Source of the DNA: Camelus ferus
Lineage: Eukaryota
NCBI RefSeq assembly: GCF_009834535.1
Contig: NC_045697.1
Span: forward strand, 32,862,001 to 32,926,000
Direction of reading: 5' to 3'
DNA length: 64,000 bases
Below, piece after piece: positions 1-13,279 of this stretch; position 1 is the stretch's first letter; each line of letters opens with the position of its first letter. Both the position numbers and the translations under genes were made by a program. Below the pieces are notes generated by a model that was not told the DNA's origin, searched no databases, and saw only the letters and a list, made by a program, of their open reading frames with translations.

Positions 1-46
1 GCTTTAACATATAACTTTTGGGAGGACACAGACTTTCAGTCCATTA
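1..46 (-). mobile_element. MaLR (MLT1/MST-type) LTR 5' end, cut by the window edge
   Basis: ttttgggaggacacagactttcagtccatta resembles the reverse complement of the MLT1 LTR start (TGTTATGGACTGAA..TGTGTCCCCC). Confidence 0.55.
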
Positions 47-257
47 AGTGCCTCATTCCCATTTGTGAAAACAGTGCCTGAAAATTGCTAATAAGGTCTC
101 TTTTTAGAATTGTCAAGCATTTTCTCTGAAATTGATTCTCATCACTAAATGAGCAATTCCACTTTTAAACCTAATATGGTGTGAACTCATGTTTCCAACC
201 TTTAAATAGAGAGCTCAAGGTACTGTAGAAAATAATGTGGTCATTGTATTTGGTAGT

Positions 258-666
258 TGTAATGAAAAGTCTGATTCATTTTTTGATGTTTGACTGCTGA
301 CAGCTTTCAAGCCACCAATTTCCTCTTTTCTGTATCCCCCACTTCTGGGCAAGCTGATAGGAAAGTACAAGTTATCTCTCCTTTTAATGACAGGAAATTC
401 GTATCTTGTGAGTCTAGGTCCATGCAGGAACTCTCATCATGCCCCACTCACCATATACCATTAAAAAACCCAAATCACTCTCCTTTTGATCCCCCAAGTC
501 CTTTTCAGACCTGCTTGGGAAGCCTGCTCTGCTCTCCCAGAAATCCTCATACGTGTTAACAAACCTTTCATACTCTGTGTGTGTGTGTGCAGCATCTTTA
601 GTCTCAACATTTGAAACACATTTTGGAGGAGTGGGTCAATCTGAAATTTGTCAGGTGACTACAATG
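258..666 (+). mobile_element. ERVL-class solo LTR (LTR52-like)
   Basis: Starts tgtaatgaaaagtctgattcattttttgatgtttgactgctgacagctttcaagcc, contains ctgggcaagctgata, and has a decayed polyA signal (aacaaacctttcatac). Family name from recall. Confidence 0.65.
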
Positions 667-1007
667 ATAGCAAATAAAGAGTGTATAAATCCTTTGACTA
701 ACTCTGCTTTTGTTTTTCTGAAATAATTCATATTATGTTATCAAAAGATTCAATACAGTGCAGAGAAGCAAACTAAGTTTTGGATAACTTTCAATGAAGC
801 ACAGTAATGTTCAGTAATCATCTCTGAGTTTTATAGCACATTCTCCTTAATCCAAAATGTCAGCAATCTATTATATATTTTTAAGTATTATGATTCTTTT
901 AAAGACTATCTATCTTGGAAACTAGCTTTTTAAGTTTGAGATCATTGTCTTGATTTTTTTTTAGTACCCCTCTCACTATAGTTTGTTTATATTTCAGTGG
1001 CTTCAAA

Positions 1008-1170
1008 ATATATATATTTGTATGTATTACATATATATGCATATGTAATATATATACACATATGTATGTATACACTGTATACACATATAATGTTATATTT
1101 AATTATTATATGTTATATACATATAATTTATTATACATGTTTTATTTTTATATAATTATATATGAAATAT
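1008..1170. repeat. AT-rich low-complexity, degenerate (TA)n tract
   Basis: Directly visible runs of tata/taca. Confidence 0.85.
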
Positions 1171-2079
1171 GAAGTTTTCCCAGCAACTCCTCTTAGTATA
1201 TCAGGGGCATATTCGACACATCTAAAACTCTATCCCATGTACTTTGTCTATTGGTTCACAATTATTAAATGGTAACTATCCATGCATCTGCGTAGACCTG
1301 AAGATTAAGAGTTATTCATCTTTGTCTTGGTCCTTGACCAATATATTTCAGTGTCCTACGCATTTTACTTCCTAAACATATTGGTATTGTCCATCTCCCT
1401 AGTTTATTTGTGCAGTATATCTTACCTGTACCACTATCAAGATTATTCCTATATGTAGTTTTGTCTTTCTCTAATATATTAGTGAAATTGTATCTAGGTT
1501 TTAATTAAAAATAAAAATTAAAAATACAATTTGATTAGTCTATTCTCCTGATTGAAATCTTATAATACATTATTGCATCAGATCTCTTTACAAATGAAAA
1601 ATATAAACAAAATAACACCAGTTAAAATAAATTTTGGTTAATTTAAAAATTAAAATCACAGCTGAGCAGAGATATAACAGTGCCAACAGGACCTAGCTAT
1701 TCTCCAACTTTTTGCTCTTTTTTTTTCTCTTCCTGTAGCTTCATCCTCATATTTACATGTGCAAGATTGCTATGGCAGCTCAAACTTATATTTCTGTGTG
1801 TTCAAATCAGAATAAATGGAAAAAAAAATCTGCTTTCTAAGGGTGGAAGTGAAAGGTGGAGCTTTGATGGGTATGATTGATTTGCCAAGAGGATATCTCA
1901 TGCCTAGTTCAAGAGAATGAAGTCAGCAGAGCCTTGTGAATTGATAAAGGGGATTCATAGATAAAAACTGGGCCCATTGCCAGAGTTGTTAAGAAATAAT
2001 CCTGAGCAACAAATGCAGTAAATATCAGATCATATTTTACTATTGTTCTCAGAAAATTAAAAAAAAAAAGTTTTCAACA

Positions 2080-2530
2080 TGACTTAAAAGAATGTCCATG
2101 ACCCAGCTCATATTTACTCACTGTCCTCACTTCCTATGTTCCACCTATATTGGGCTTTCTTTTAGTCTCCAACAGAATACATATTTTCCATCTTCTTAAA
2201 TGTTCTATCATTTTTAAAATTTTCCCCCCCTTCTCTTTTAGGTCTTAGGTTAAATATCATTTCTTCAGGGAGACTTTTGCTAATTGCCTTCACTAGGTCA
2301 AGTCTTTCTAATATTTGCATTTATGCACTCTACAAAACATTTAATACAGTTTTTAAATATGATTTTTATTCACATTAATATTTGGTTAATGAATCTCATT
2401 CTCACTAGAGTATAATTTAGTTAGAGGCAGAGACTTTCTGTTTCTTTAATTATTCTAGTGGCTCATGCTAGTCCCATTTGCTAGATAAATTAAGTGTAAA
2501 ATACATATTTTTAAAGTGGATTCATGAATG
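2080..2530 (+). mobile_element. LINE-2 3' end
   Basis: ggtcttaggttaaatatcatttcttcagggagac, ctcactagagtataa..gaggcagagac, and a gaatg-type tail. Confidence 0.6.
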
Positions 2531-3739
2531 GGTGACTGGCTACAAAATTGTGGCTTGAATTTGTTTAACCCCATTTACCAAATCTTCCATGTGTTCTTTT
2601 TTTTTAATTAAAAAAATTTTTGTTATTATCAGCCAACTTACTCTGTTCAGATTTTTGAGGCTTAAAGGACAGGAACACAATACTAATTGATATTGAAAAC
2701 CTACTTAAGTTACACAACAGTAATGTTTTTTATTGTTTCCTTATTAGAAAAAAAACCCTCATTTTCTATCTGATTTTCTGGAGATAGGTTGAGGTAGGGG
2801 AAAAAGAAAGAAAGGAAAAAGCTTCCATTAAAAAAAATATTTCAATAGATATGTCAATGAACAAAGCACATCCTAGTTATTTAAAACATTAAGTATTCAT
2901 TTTGGAATTATTTAAAATGAAAGTATTAAGAAGCTGATTTTCACAACAAAAAATATTAGCAAGCTTATGAAGAAAAGTAGAAATCAGGGACTAATAGTAA
3001 AATATCCTGATTAGGTGCCCTCTTTTCAGAAATGGAGTCTCCACAATCAATTACTTTAAGAGTAACAATAATCAGCAACCAATTGAATTCCTTAATTTTA
3101 GGTATGCATCAAACTGTTTTCTATTATTAACTCAAACAAAAAATAGAATTAAAAACTATCTTAAAAGTATATGTTTTGATCACTGTCATTTTAAAAGAAC
3201 AGAAAAGGGGAAAGGAAACCATATTTTGCTGAAATTTGATAAAGTAATTTGAAATAGCATTAGAGGACTATTTCCACATTCACCCAGAGAAAGAGTTAAC
3301 ATTTCAAACATTGTATATTTTAATGACATATTAATAAATAAAATGAGATGCTTATAAATATAAATTGACACAACTCATTGAACACTTTGTAGTTGCTGCA
3401 AGTTATTGTGATGGTAAGTCTGCAGTTGATGTCACTTTTTATGCAAAAGTCATTATTTAAAATAAAATCTCCATAACGTATGTCAGTACTCCATCCACAT
3501 TCCCTCAGTCCATCTGCAGCTTTATGATTTAGATCCGGTATATACCAATTGCTTCCTATGTTACCTAGTTTCTTTTTTCTGCTTGAAAACTTTCTATAAC
3601 AGAATTGGAGTTTAAGATGTCTGTGGTAGAGATAGACTGATAATTTTATTTTGCTTTGCTCAAGGTGTAATGTACCGAGAGAAGATATTTCTTCTAACTT
3701 ATTTACTCAAAGAAAGAAAGCTTTCTGGAGAAAATGATG

Positions 3740-4240
3740 CCAAGCTGAGATGTGAAGGGTAAATTAGGCTGGTGAGATGTGCTAGTACACAGGAATCCAG
3801 AAATAAGATATGTGAAGCCACTGAGGAAAAATACAACATTATTAGGTAAAAAAGGTGTAAAATGCAATAAAGACCAATCACACATCATCTTGTATAACTT
3901 ATTTTAAAAACAGTGAGCATGCTTTAAACAAAGTATTAATTTGTATTTTATAACACAATGAGCAGGATTGCTGTTAGAAGTCAGAAAATAAGACTGGAGA
4001 CAAGAAAAACAGCTAGAGGGCACTTTTAATGATCCAGGTGAAAGTTTGATATAAAGCATAAAAATATAAAGAGTTAGAGTAAGATTGGAGAGAGGTAGAA
4101 ACCTTTGAAAGAAGAAAAATCAGTAGTAGTCATGGATTATTTTTACCTCTGTTAAACTATTTCAAAATAAGTTATGACACCCAGTTCCTGACTTAGGTAA
4201 GTTAAATGGTTGGTGGCACTGAAATGTAGGTGAGAATAGA
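3740..4240 (-). mobile_element. LINE-2 fragment
   Basis: ggagacaagaaaaacagctagagg..atccaggtga and gacacccagttcctgactt motifs typical of antisense L2. Confidence 0.55.
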
Positions 4241-5199
4241 AATATAATGATAATATTCCAGGAAAAAGGAAAAGTGTAATTGTCTACAAAAATTTAGAGA
4301 AACAAGGAGAATAAAGAAGACATTTCTTCCTTTGGCTTATGGACTCAGGCATATACTTTTACAGGCACACTGGGTATATTTTGAATGGCCATAATCCATA
4401 TCAAATAAAAGCAAACAAACATAAAAATATACCTCAGAAAAACCAAGAAATTATTTCATACTCTTACTCTTTTAAGTGCGTTGTACTTATAACACTGTAA
4501 CTTTTCTTTTTCAACCAGGATTGGATATAATATATGATATTTATTAATTTGATTGTTCTACCTTAAAACAATTTGAGATAGATCACAAAACTAGATAAGC
4601 CTGAAGATATTATTAATGAACAGCAGAGAATAAGCCATGAAAAGAGGAAAGAATAAATAAACTAAGCAGAAAAACAAAATTGGAATTATACCTCAGTGTC
4701 TCCATCTTCCTCAAGTTCTAATTTTCTCTTGTCTCAATCAAGAATTTTCTCCAGTTAATGGTTTTGTTCCTTTTCTGCATTTGGTATTTTGCTCATGTGT
4801 ACAGTGGCCCTTGGTTTTGACCCCTAGCACTGCTGGGAAGAAGAGATTTGAAGTCACTGCTGCAGCTTATCTCACACAACCTTTGATTATGAGGATTTTC
4901 TTATCAAATGTGTTAAGTATTCTGAAATAATCTCAACAGGGGATGCAGAGTCTTTGTGTTCTCAAAATATTCAGTTCTGTCCCTATAAAAGAATGTCCTC
5001 AGAAGCACCAGGTCTCATTGACGTTGTTAGGGTATGCGATTGCTTTAGCATTTGAAAGTTATTTTTATAAGATACTTTAGTCCTCCCCTTCCGTCTCCCA
5101 ACTAAGGAGCTCCACTTTTAGGTCTCCCACGTATCAAGGTGACTAAGGAGCTATAAAAAGAACTTGGACTGGAGAGATATATAGATGCACCTTTAAAAC

Positions 5200-5345
5200 T
5201 TCAGACTAAAGCCTCATTCTCCAAAGCACAATGTCAAAATGGCATTAGCAATTTGCTCAAGGTCACACATTTGTCATGTGAAATAATGAAAATCATACTT
5301 AGCCTGTTCTTCCTCCAGAACCAAAATCTTATCATTATGTTAGGC
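5200..5345 (-). mobile_element. MIR SINE fragment
   Basis: atttgctcaaggtcacaca core motif. Confidence 0.5.
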
Positions 5346-5639
5346 TGCTTTGAGTTTATTGTGTGTGGCATTATTTCCATGAGTGGCACAAAATTAATGG
5401 AGTTAAAAGATCTTATTTAAAATATTAACTACCGTATCATCCTCTTAAAGATTAACATTGATCATTATTATATTAAAATTTAGCAATCCCCTGAGGCTGG
5501 TGGTTGTCATGTAACCATCCAAAAACATAGTTTGTTTGGTTTTTTTCCCTTCTTTTTTTCCTTTCCCATACCCTTCGTACCACTGGACCTGTACTTAGTT
5601 AGGGTCAACATCCTCCTTACTCTTCAGTCTTGCTCCCAA

Positions 5640-7933
5640 GTCATTCTTTCTCCCTTCTCTATAAAAATACAGATTGGATTTCATCAACAGTATACATACT
5701 GCCTCCGGTGCCTACTTTTTGAGCCATTCAGAGGTTACTGGGACCATTTTTATGAATTCAGCATCCAGAAAGATGATGGTTCCAACACCCTGGCCTCTCA
5801 GTGCCTTGTTCCAATGATACTTTTTTCTCCCTGACTTCAACCACACATGGTCATTCTTTAGTCTTGGTTATTACTAGTTGGTGCAACCTCTCCATAAGCG
5901 AAATTTCAAATATCCCATTCCCTGCCCCAGACCCCTGACATTCCACTTCACTTTCCTTGTACATTAAGTTTTACAATATATAACCCCCTTTGAGACTTAT
6001 AATATGCTGAAGGTATCAAGTTATCTCCTTCTCCTGTCCCTGCATCATAGGCACCTACTTATAAAGTTAAGATTCCTTGGTTCATGAAGATGACTAGAAT
6101 ACTCTTGTTCTCTTGCTTGATGGAGATAATCTGGAAAAACCCAACTCTTACTCATATCCTACTCTATTTGTTCCTGAGCCCACACTACAGCTGAGAAAAT
6201 TTCACAGTCATACTGACTGGTGTCATTTTAGAATCAGGATGATAAACTTTGAATAGTTCCTACTTTTTCCAACTAGTCATATTCTTTATTCTTTTCTCTT
6301 GGGATTTTTCTACTCTTTCTTATTGGTGTAGTCAGATGATGGTCTTTCTTTCTTTTGCTTTAAAGTTTATATATGTAATTAGAATGTAATCTACAAGAGC
6401 AACTCAACTTACCTGTTTGCATCAGTGCCCATAGATTCTGCCTTTATTCCTACTACTGTGGATGAAACATTATCCCTTTTATCAGCTAGCCTCTCTAATT
6501 AGGTACTAGAGGTCGATTCCCCATTCCTAGTTAGAGTGATAGCTCTTGCAATTCTCCCCTGATTCTCATAATCAAATTTTCAGTATCTGCTTAATTATTC
6601 CCATCAGCATAAAGGCATTCTGAAAGTTCTTTAATTCAAAAACAAAAACCTCTCTTTATTCCATATCCCCATCTAGCTACTGCCTTATTTCTGTTTCCCT
6701 CCATAGCAAAATTCATTCAGAGGTTATCCGTGGCCACATGCCAGATCCTTTCTTGCCTCTCTTCTGAATCTTATCACTTTGCAAAAAAGCTTTCCTCAAG
6801 AATAAAAATGAACAAGCTGGTAAATACAGTGGTAAATGCAAAGTACTTACCTTATTTGGTCAAGCTTAACAATTGCAGTTGGCAGTTTACTCTTCTTGAT
6901 GGCACTTTTTTTTTTTCCATTGGCTTCCAGTGTACCTACCACACTCTACTGGTTCTACTTTTACCTACTGTTCTCAGTTTCAGGTCCTGGTTGCTGACCT
7001 CTAACAGTTGGAATGCCCTAGGTCTGAGTACTGGGATTTCTCCATATATCTATGTACACTTACTTATCACATATAATAATATCATCCAGACAAAAGCTTT
7101 TTAAATACTATCCATATATTGACAATATCCAGATTTAGACTGAGTCCCAGACTCAAATATTTAACTACTTACTACATGGACTAAGATATTTAGTATTCAT
7201 TTTAAGTACAACATGTCCAAAATGAAAAACTGCTTTTCCCTTTGACTTGCATCTCAGTAAATAACAACTCTTTCCAGTTGACAGCCAACTGTCAGCATGT
7301 CCTATTGGCCTTCCCTTCAAAAGATGACTTCTCACAACTTCATCCCATGCCTCGATTATGGCATAATCCTAAATTGTCTATTTTCTTCTACCTTTGGCCT
7401 TAGTATCTATTTTTTTTTAAGTCAGATAATATGATCCTTTTAAGTCATAAGCCCAGCCATGCCAGTCCTCTATGGAAAATCTTACAGTGATTTCCCACCT
7501 CATTCATGATAAAAGCCAAAGTCCTTACAGTGGCATATATGATCTTGACTCTTTCTCCACCTGGAGTGATCAGTTGTCCTGGTTTGCTAGGGACGATGTA
7601 GTTCCCTAGTCCCCAAGATGTTCTGGTCTCTTCATTTACTTCAAGTTACCTCCTAGTGGTGATTTCTCTGACTACACAATTAAAATGGTAATGTCTCCTT
7701 TACCTGGCATTCTCTATGCCCTTTTTTGATTTTGTAGCACTCTTCACAGCATTTATGAATCTCTACTATATCTGCACTTTGTACTTGCTTATTTATTATT
7801 AGCTACCTCTTAATATGGATTTAAGCTCTACACATCCAGGCATCTTTTATTGACTTAAAAAAGTTTGCATCCTTAGTATCTAAAACATTGTCTAACATAT
7901 AATATTTATTTGATAGATATTTGTTGAATAAAT
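5640..7933 (+). mobile_element. Long LINE-2 remnant (about 2.3 kb, decayed ORF2 to 3' end)
   Basis: Collinear L2 motifs: caacatgtccaaaatgaa, gataaaagccaaagtccttacagtggc, and terminal atatttgttgaataaat. Confidence 0.7.
7560..7630. mobile_element. hAT-Blackjack MITE remnant (MER81-like) nested in L2
   Basis: gagtgatcagttgtcctggtttgctagggac resembles the GGGTGACCAACCGTCCCGGTTTGCCCGGGAC terminus. Confidence 0.45.
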
Positions 7934-8365
7934 ATAGTTGAAAGAGTTGGAGACATTCCATATAGTGAAAAAAAAGTATTTACCTTTTTTAAATTTAGCA
8001 TTTCTCAAGCTAGTTTTTTTATCACTGAAATATTTTTCAAAACATCTTTCAATACATAACGTAACTCAAGTTTTAGAAATGAACTATAGGAAATTATGGG
8101 CAGGGTCTCGTCTCCTGGCTGATTTTAGCCAACATAAATTTACTTTTTTCTATCATCGTATTGATAATGTTTAATTTTTCTTGATAAATAATTTCTGTTA
8201 TATAATCCATATCTACCTCTTTATAATTTATTTTTTATCTATTTATACAACTTACATATGTATATTTTTGGTGTGTGTACACGTAAGGAGATATATGTGA
8301 TATATGTATAGTGTATGTATTATAATAATGTAGATATAGATAGATACAGAAATATATGGATAATT

Positions 8366-8862
8366 TGTAGTAGGCAGAATAATGGCCCCAGAGATGCTCA
8401 TGCCCTAATTTCCAGAACCTGTGAATATGTGATCTCAAGATCATGTCCTAATCATCAGAATCTTCTATAGCAAAAGGAACTTGGTAAGTGTGATTAACTT
8501 GATGAACTTGAAATGAACAGATTATTCTGGATTATCCAGTTCAAGCTGATATAATCCCAATGGTTCTTATAAAAGGAAAGCAGAGTAGTCAGAGTTAGAG
8601 AAGAAGGTGTAACAATGATTTCAGAATGATTCAGCCATAAGCTATAAAATGCAAATGGCCTTAAGAGGGGAAAAGGGCAAGGAAAGGAATTATGTCCCAG
8701 AGTTTTCAGGAGGAACTCAGTTCTACAGACACCTTGATTTCAGCTGTGTAAGATCCATTTTGGATTTCTATCCTTCATATCTGTACGATGATAAATTTAT
8801 ACTATTTTAAGCTAGTTAAGTCTATATGATAATTTATTAGAGCAGCATTGAAAATTAGTATA
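8366..8862 (+). mobile_element. MaLR solo LTR, MLT1D-like
   Basis: Begins tgtagtaggcagaataatggcccc, contains gattattctggattatcc and gacaccttgattt, and ends agcagcattgaaaattagtata. Confidence 0.85.
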
Positions 8863-8927
8863 GATTTTCCACCTATATCATTTTATCTACCATCAATTTA
8901 TACCAATTCATCTAATATAGATTTTTA

Positions 8928-9130
8928 ATAGCAACCAATTACCACTTACTATGTTCTTGCATGTCTCTAAATACTTTACAAATGTTAACTTATTTACATA
9001 GCTTATTATGCTTTGCAAAACAATCTAACAATCTTATAAGATAGGCAGTATCAGTATACCCATTATACAGATGATGAAACTAAGACACAGAAAGAGATTC
9101 AGAACCTTACTAGTGTCACACAATAGGTAA
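8928..9130 (-). mobile_element. MIR SINE
   Basis: cccattatacagatgatgaaactaagacacaga core. Confidence 0.7.
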
Positions 9131-9169
9131 ATTTTTTCTTTTTCTCAAATAGACCACAGTTGTTTTGAT

Positions 9170-9500
9170 CAAAGGTATTTGTACTAGCTCTTCTGTCTGC
9201 CTGTTATGAGCTTTTTATCAAGCTTCTAAATGACTAGTTTCTTATAATTCTCATCTCAGCTTAGATATCACCTCTTCAAAAAGACCTTCCCTGAAGAGAG
9301 TGGTCCACCAGTCAAATGTACTCTTTCATTTTGTCCGATTTTACTTCCATCATAGCATTTACTGGTAACTGGCATTGGCATTGCTTGTTTATGTTTTTAA
9401 AATTATATTCCATTAGAATGAAATTGCATAATAACAGACTTTTTCATGTTTTTATTTATCTTTATCAAATTTCTGACACATAGTGGGCACTCTGAAATAA
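9170..9500 (+). mobile_element. LINE-2 3' end
   Basis: tctcagcttagatatcacctcttcaaaaagaccttccctga, ccattagaatg, gacacatagtgggcactc. Confidence 0.6.
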
Positions 9501-9682
9501 TAGCTTACACACTTAATTTTGGAATCATCTGATTCTTAGTTTTTGCTTTTAACCAATATGTGTCTGTTGTAGACATGTGATAGACAACCACAATGGAAAT
9601 TAAAGTGTCAGGGTGATCTAAGCCTTTTTAGAGAATTGTGCAAGTATTTCAGAGGTGAAGTTGAATGCCTGGTCCTACACAC

Positions 9683-9724
9683 TCAGATGAGATTGGGCGA
9701 GTTCAGGGTTGTACAGCCGTATGT
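9683..9724 (-). pseudogene. 5S rRNA retropseudogene, 5' 42 nt only (tailless type)
   Basis: tcagatgagattgggcgagttcagggttgtacagccgta matches the reverse complement of mammalian 5S rRNA nt 4-42 at 33/39 by hand. Flanked by a 17-bp direct repeat (9669-9685, 9728-9744) with one mismatch. Confidence 0.88.
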
Positions 9725-10329
9725 ATACTGGTCCTACATACTCAATGGCAAGCCACTGAAATTTTGTACATGATGATAAAATAATCTGGTTTATGCTTCA
9801 TAAAAGTAATCTGATAACAGTTTATAAAAAGATATCGCATAGGTAAAAAGAAAATAAATGTATTTGTGCATCTGTATGAAGGCAAGGAGTCTGTCATGCA
9901 ACATGGAAAACACATAACATTTAACACATTTGGTCTAAGGTGCCTTCATAGGGAACTTAATTCTGGAAATTCCCGTCAATAATTAACTACAAAATGCAAA
10001 CCACACCTGTGGAAGATAAAGAAAATCTTCGACTCAAAGATATCCTAGGGTGTTTAAAAGAAACATTAGTAGTTAGAATCATGTATTTGCAGTTCTAACT
10101 GGTGCATTTATGGTTGCTTAAACAAATATTTGAAACCACGAACACATACACACATGTGTAAGAAATGAGAGCAACTATTTAGTTACACCATCAGGTAAAC
10201 AAATCTACCTCTCACAATGATCTTATCAAAAACCCTGACTTTTATAATGAAATAGGATGGATAATGCAACATAGCAAGAAAGTGAGAATTCAGTCATTAA
10301 GTATAATGTGTAAGGCAAACACATGCATT

Positions 10330-10850
10330 GTTTTCAATACTCATTTATTAAGAACATGCGATGTTTTAGTCGGGCACTTTACTAGGCAATGTGGTTCCAA
10401 AAATAACATGAATATTCTAAACAACTTCAAGGAATATATGGTTTTCTGTGATATTTGGACCAAAGTAGGTAGCAATTATGACCCCACATTATTTATATTA
10501 TAAAAACTGATGGTCTAACAGCATACAGCAGGGACAATAGAAGTTTTCAGGAGGAAATGACTTCCAAGTTGCACTTCAAAAAAAAAAAGTTATAGTGCTA
10601 AAGATAAGAGAGGAAATAGGAAGGGTATAGTAACAAGAAAGGTGTCCTGACTAGGGAGAGAATTAAGTATTTGAACATGGGTGGAGCTTAGGGGACAGGG
10701 ACTTGCAGGAGACTGATGCAAAGAGTAAGCAGAAGGACTATGATTAGAGTTAGCATTTTACCCTGAGAGCAATGGTCTGCTGCTGGTGGATTAAGTATGG
10801 AATAATGTTATTTAGTTTGAGTTTATAAAAGATTTTTCTAGCTGCCACAT
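10330..10850 (-). mobile_element. LINE-2 fragment
   Basis: ttcaatactcatttattaagaac tail region and gttagcattttaccctgagagcaatgg. Confidence 0.55.
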
Positions 10851-11829
10851 GCAAATTTATCTTCAACTCATTTTGTCTCTTGAAATATTAGGGAAATATA
10901 AAGCAAATAATAGTCATTAATTAAATGAATAAAATATTATAAACATTAATAACCTCTTGTGTGTTGTCCCTTTTCACTGGAGTTACAGCAGGGAACAAAG
11001 CAGGCATGAGCCATGTCCTTGTGAGTACATACATTTCATAGGATGTTCCAAAGGATGTCCTGCCCGTTGTTGGAAACTCAGATCTGTTCTCAGTAAAGAA
11101 GGCATGGCTGCAGTTGCAAACTTGCAAGTGACTTTCATAAAAATGAAAGGGAGGGAGTTATCATCATCTGATATATGTTTCACAGATCTTTTTCATAAAT
11201 ATAAGAACACAAAGCAATGTATCCCAGTTATATGCCTTTGAATCAGTTTTTTTAGGCATATTAAATATAAATCCACATAAAAATTTTAACACAAATCAAA
11301 TCTCATTTATAAATCTACAGTGGGCATGCTGAACAACATTTTGCTCTAGACACACCTGAAATGACAATGTGAAACACCTCTTGAATAGTAATTCATGAGA
11401 TAGATAGTAGCGTTATGTGTCATGAGTTGCTGTAAATGTCAGGAGCTCTAAAATATCGTTCGAGCACATAAATGACTTTTAGGAAGCTAGTATTTGATGT
11501 GATTCAGATGAACAATTCAAGTTAAAAAAAATCGTGGTTCTGGAAACCGAACAAGTTTTCAAAGGCATTAAACCACAGCCTGTATGTTGTTCATCTGTTT
11601 TTATGTCACTACAAATTCTCATGACCTCAAGTAAGCCTGTTTCAGAATTCAGTAGGCCTTGTCTTGTTTTGATTCTGTTTAACCTGTGATTTAATAATCT
11701 GGCTCCCAGATTTTGACTTCCTGTGAATGTGGGCATTTCTGAAAGTTTTCTTGTAACATTTCCATGTAAACCTTACCTTTGTGACCAGTATTCCTATCAG
11801 CAAACTAGAATATGTATATTTAAATGTGA

Positions 11830-11990
11830 ATTTTGCCACTTATTAATTGTGCAGTCTTGAGCAAGTCACTTAACTATTTTGTGTCCCAGTTTTCTATCTG
11901 TGACATGGGGTTAGGAACAGAATATTGTTAATGGGATTCTTTGAGGATTATAATTAATACTTCTAATATGGCAAAAAAGGTTAAGTATGT
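11830..11990 (+). mobile_element. MIR SINE
   Basis: gccacttattaattgtgcagtcttgagcaagtcacttaac..cccagttttctatctgt core. Confidence 0.7.
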
Positions 11991-12234
11991 AGGAAGTTTA
12001 AGGTATTCTTAATTGCCATACGTTTTGAAATTGAAATAGAATGTTTGATATATTTTGTTTTATTTTATATTGCCTGAATTATCTAAACCCTACATATTTC
12101 TTGAAATTTTTCCACTGTAATAATTAATAATTACAATAAATGGTATGAAAGCCAAATGCTGGCTCTGGTTGATCATTTCCCCAGAATATTGAGGTTGTGG
12201 GACAACAGTTTTCAATGACAGCAGTCATAAATGC

Positions 12235-12480
12235 AGTCACTCATTCATTCATTCAAAAAACACTTATGTGCCTTATATATACCAGGGAATTAGAAGAGGA
12301 TTGGAGGTGCAATGTAAGAATAAACAGATGCTAGGGTCTTTTGTCCCTAAGAAATTTATTCTTGTGAGAGATACAAGCAGGACATCTATAATAAAGTACA
12401 ATCTGTGCAAAGATAAAAGACTTACAATTACACACAGGAAAGGCACCCAACTAAGATTTGGGGAAGTGTGGTCAGAGGAA
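12235..12480 (-). mobile_element. LINE-2 3' end
   Basis: (cattc)n tail followed by acacttatgtgccttatatataccagg. Confidence 0.65.
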
Positions 12481-12492
12481 CAGATACTCTTT

Positions 12493-13279
12493 TTTTCTTT
12501 TGTCTTTTTATTATTTTTTAACATTTTTTATTGATTTATAATCATTTTACAATGTCGTGTCAAATTCCAGTGTAGAGCACAATTTTTCAGTTATACATGA
12601 ACATATATATATTCATTGTCACATTTTTTTTCACTGTGAGCTACCATAAGATGTTGTATATATTTCCCTGTGCTATACAGTATAATCTTGTTTATCTATT
12701 CTACAATTTTGAAATCCCAGTCTATCCCTTCCCACCCTCCACCCCCTTGACAACCACAAGTTTGTATTCTATGTCTGTGAATCTATTTCTGTTTTGTATT
12801 TATACTTTGTTTGTGTGTGTGCTTTTTTTGTTTTTTTTAGATTCCACATATGAGAGATCTCATACGGTATTTTTCTTTCTCTTTCTGGCTTCACTTAGAA
12901 TGACATTCTCCAGGAACATCCATGTTGCTGCAAATGGCATTATGTTGTCGATTTTTATGGCTGAGTAGTACTCCATTGTATAAATATACCACCTCTTCTT
13001 TATCCAGTCATCTGTTGACGGACATTTAGGCTGTTTCCATGTCTTGGCTCTTGTAAATAGTGCTGCTATGAACATTGGGGTGCAGGTGTCATTTTGAAGT
13101 AGAGTTCCTTCTGGATATATGCCCAGGAGCGGGATTCCTGGGTCATATGGTAAGTCAATTCCTAGTCTTTTGAGGAATCGCCATACTGTTTTCCACAGTG
13201 GCTGCACCAAACTGCATTCCCACCAGCAGTGTAAGAGGGTTCCCTTTTCTCCACAACCTTTCCAGCATTTGTCATTTGT
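12493..13279 (-). mobile_element. Young 5'-truncated LINE-1 (camelid-type): ORF2p C-terminus, 3' UTR and polyA
   Basis: ORF 12860-13366 encodes [65 protein letters not shown], the conserved L1 ORF2p C-terminus. T-rich tail at left. Imperfect TSD cagatactcttt (12481-12492) / caaatattcttt (13280-13291). Confidence 0.95.

Noticed and set aside
5093..5152. Repeated gtctccca and actaaggagct blocks as a TSD-flanked insertion
   Set aside because: The enclosed 30 bp has no identifiable element; simple local duplication is sufficient.
8399..8463. Imperfect 22-bp duplication inside the MLT1D LTR
   Set aside because: 17/22 identity; an ordinary old local duplication with no further implication.
9683..9724. 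Functional 5S rRNA gene
   Set aside because: Only about 42 of ~120 nt are present, the internal Pol III promoter is missing, and it carries multiple substitutions.
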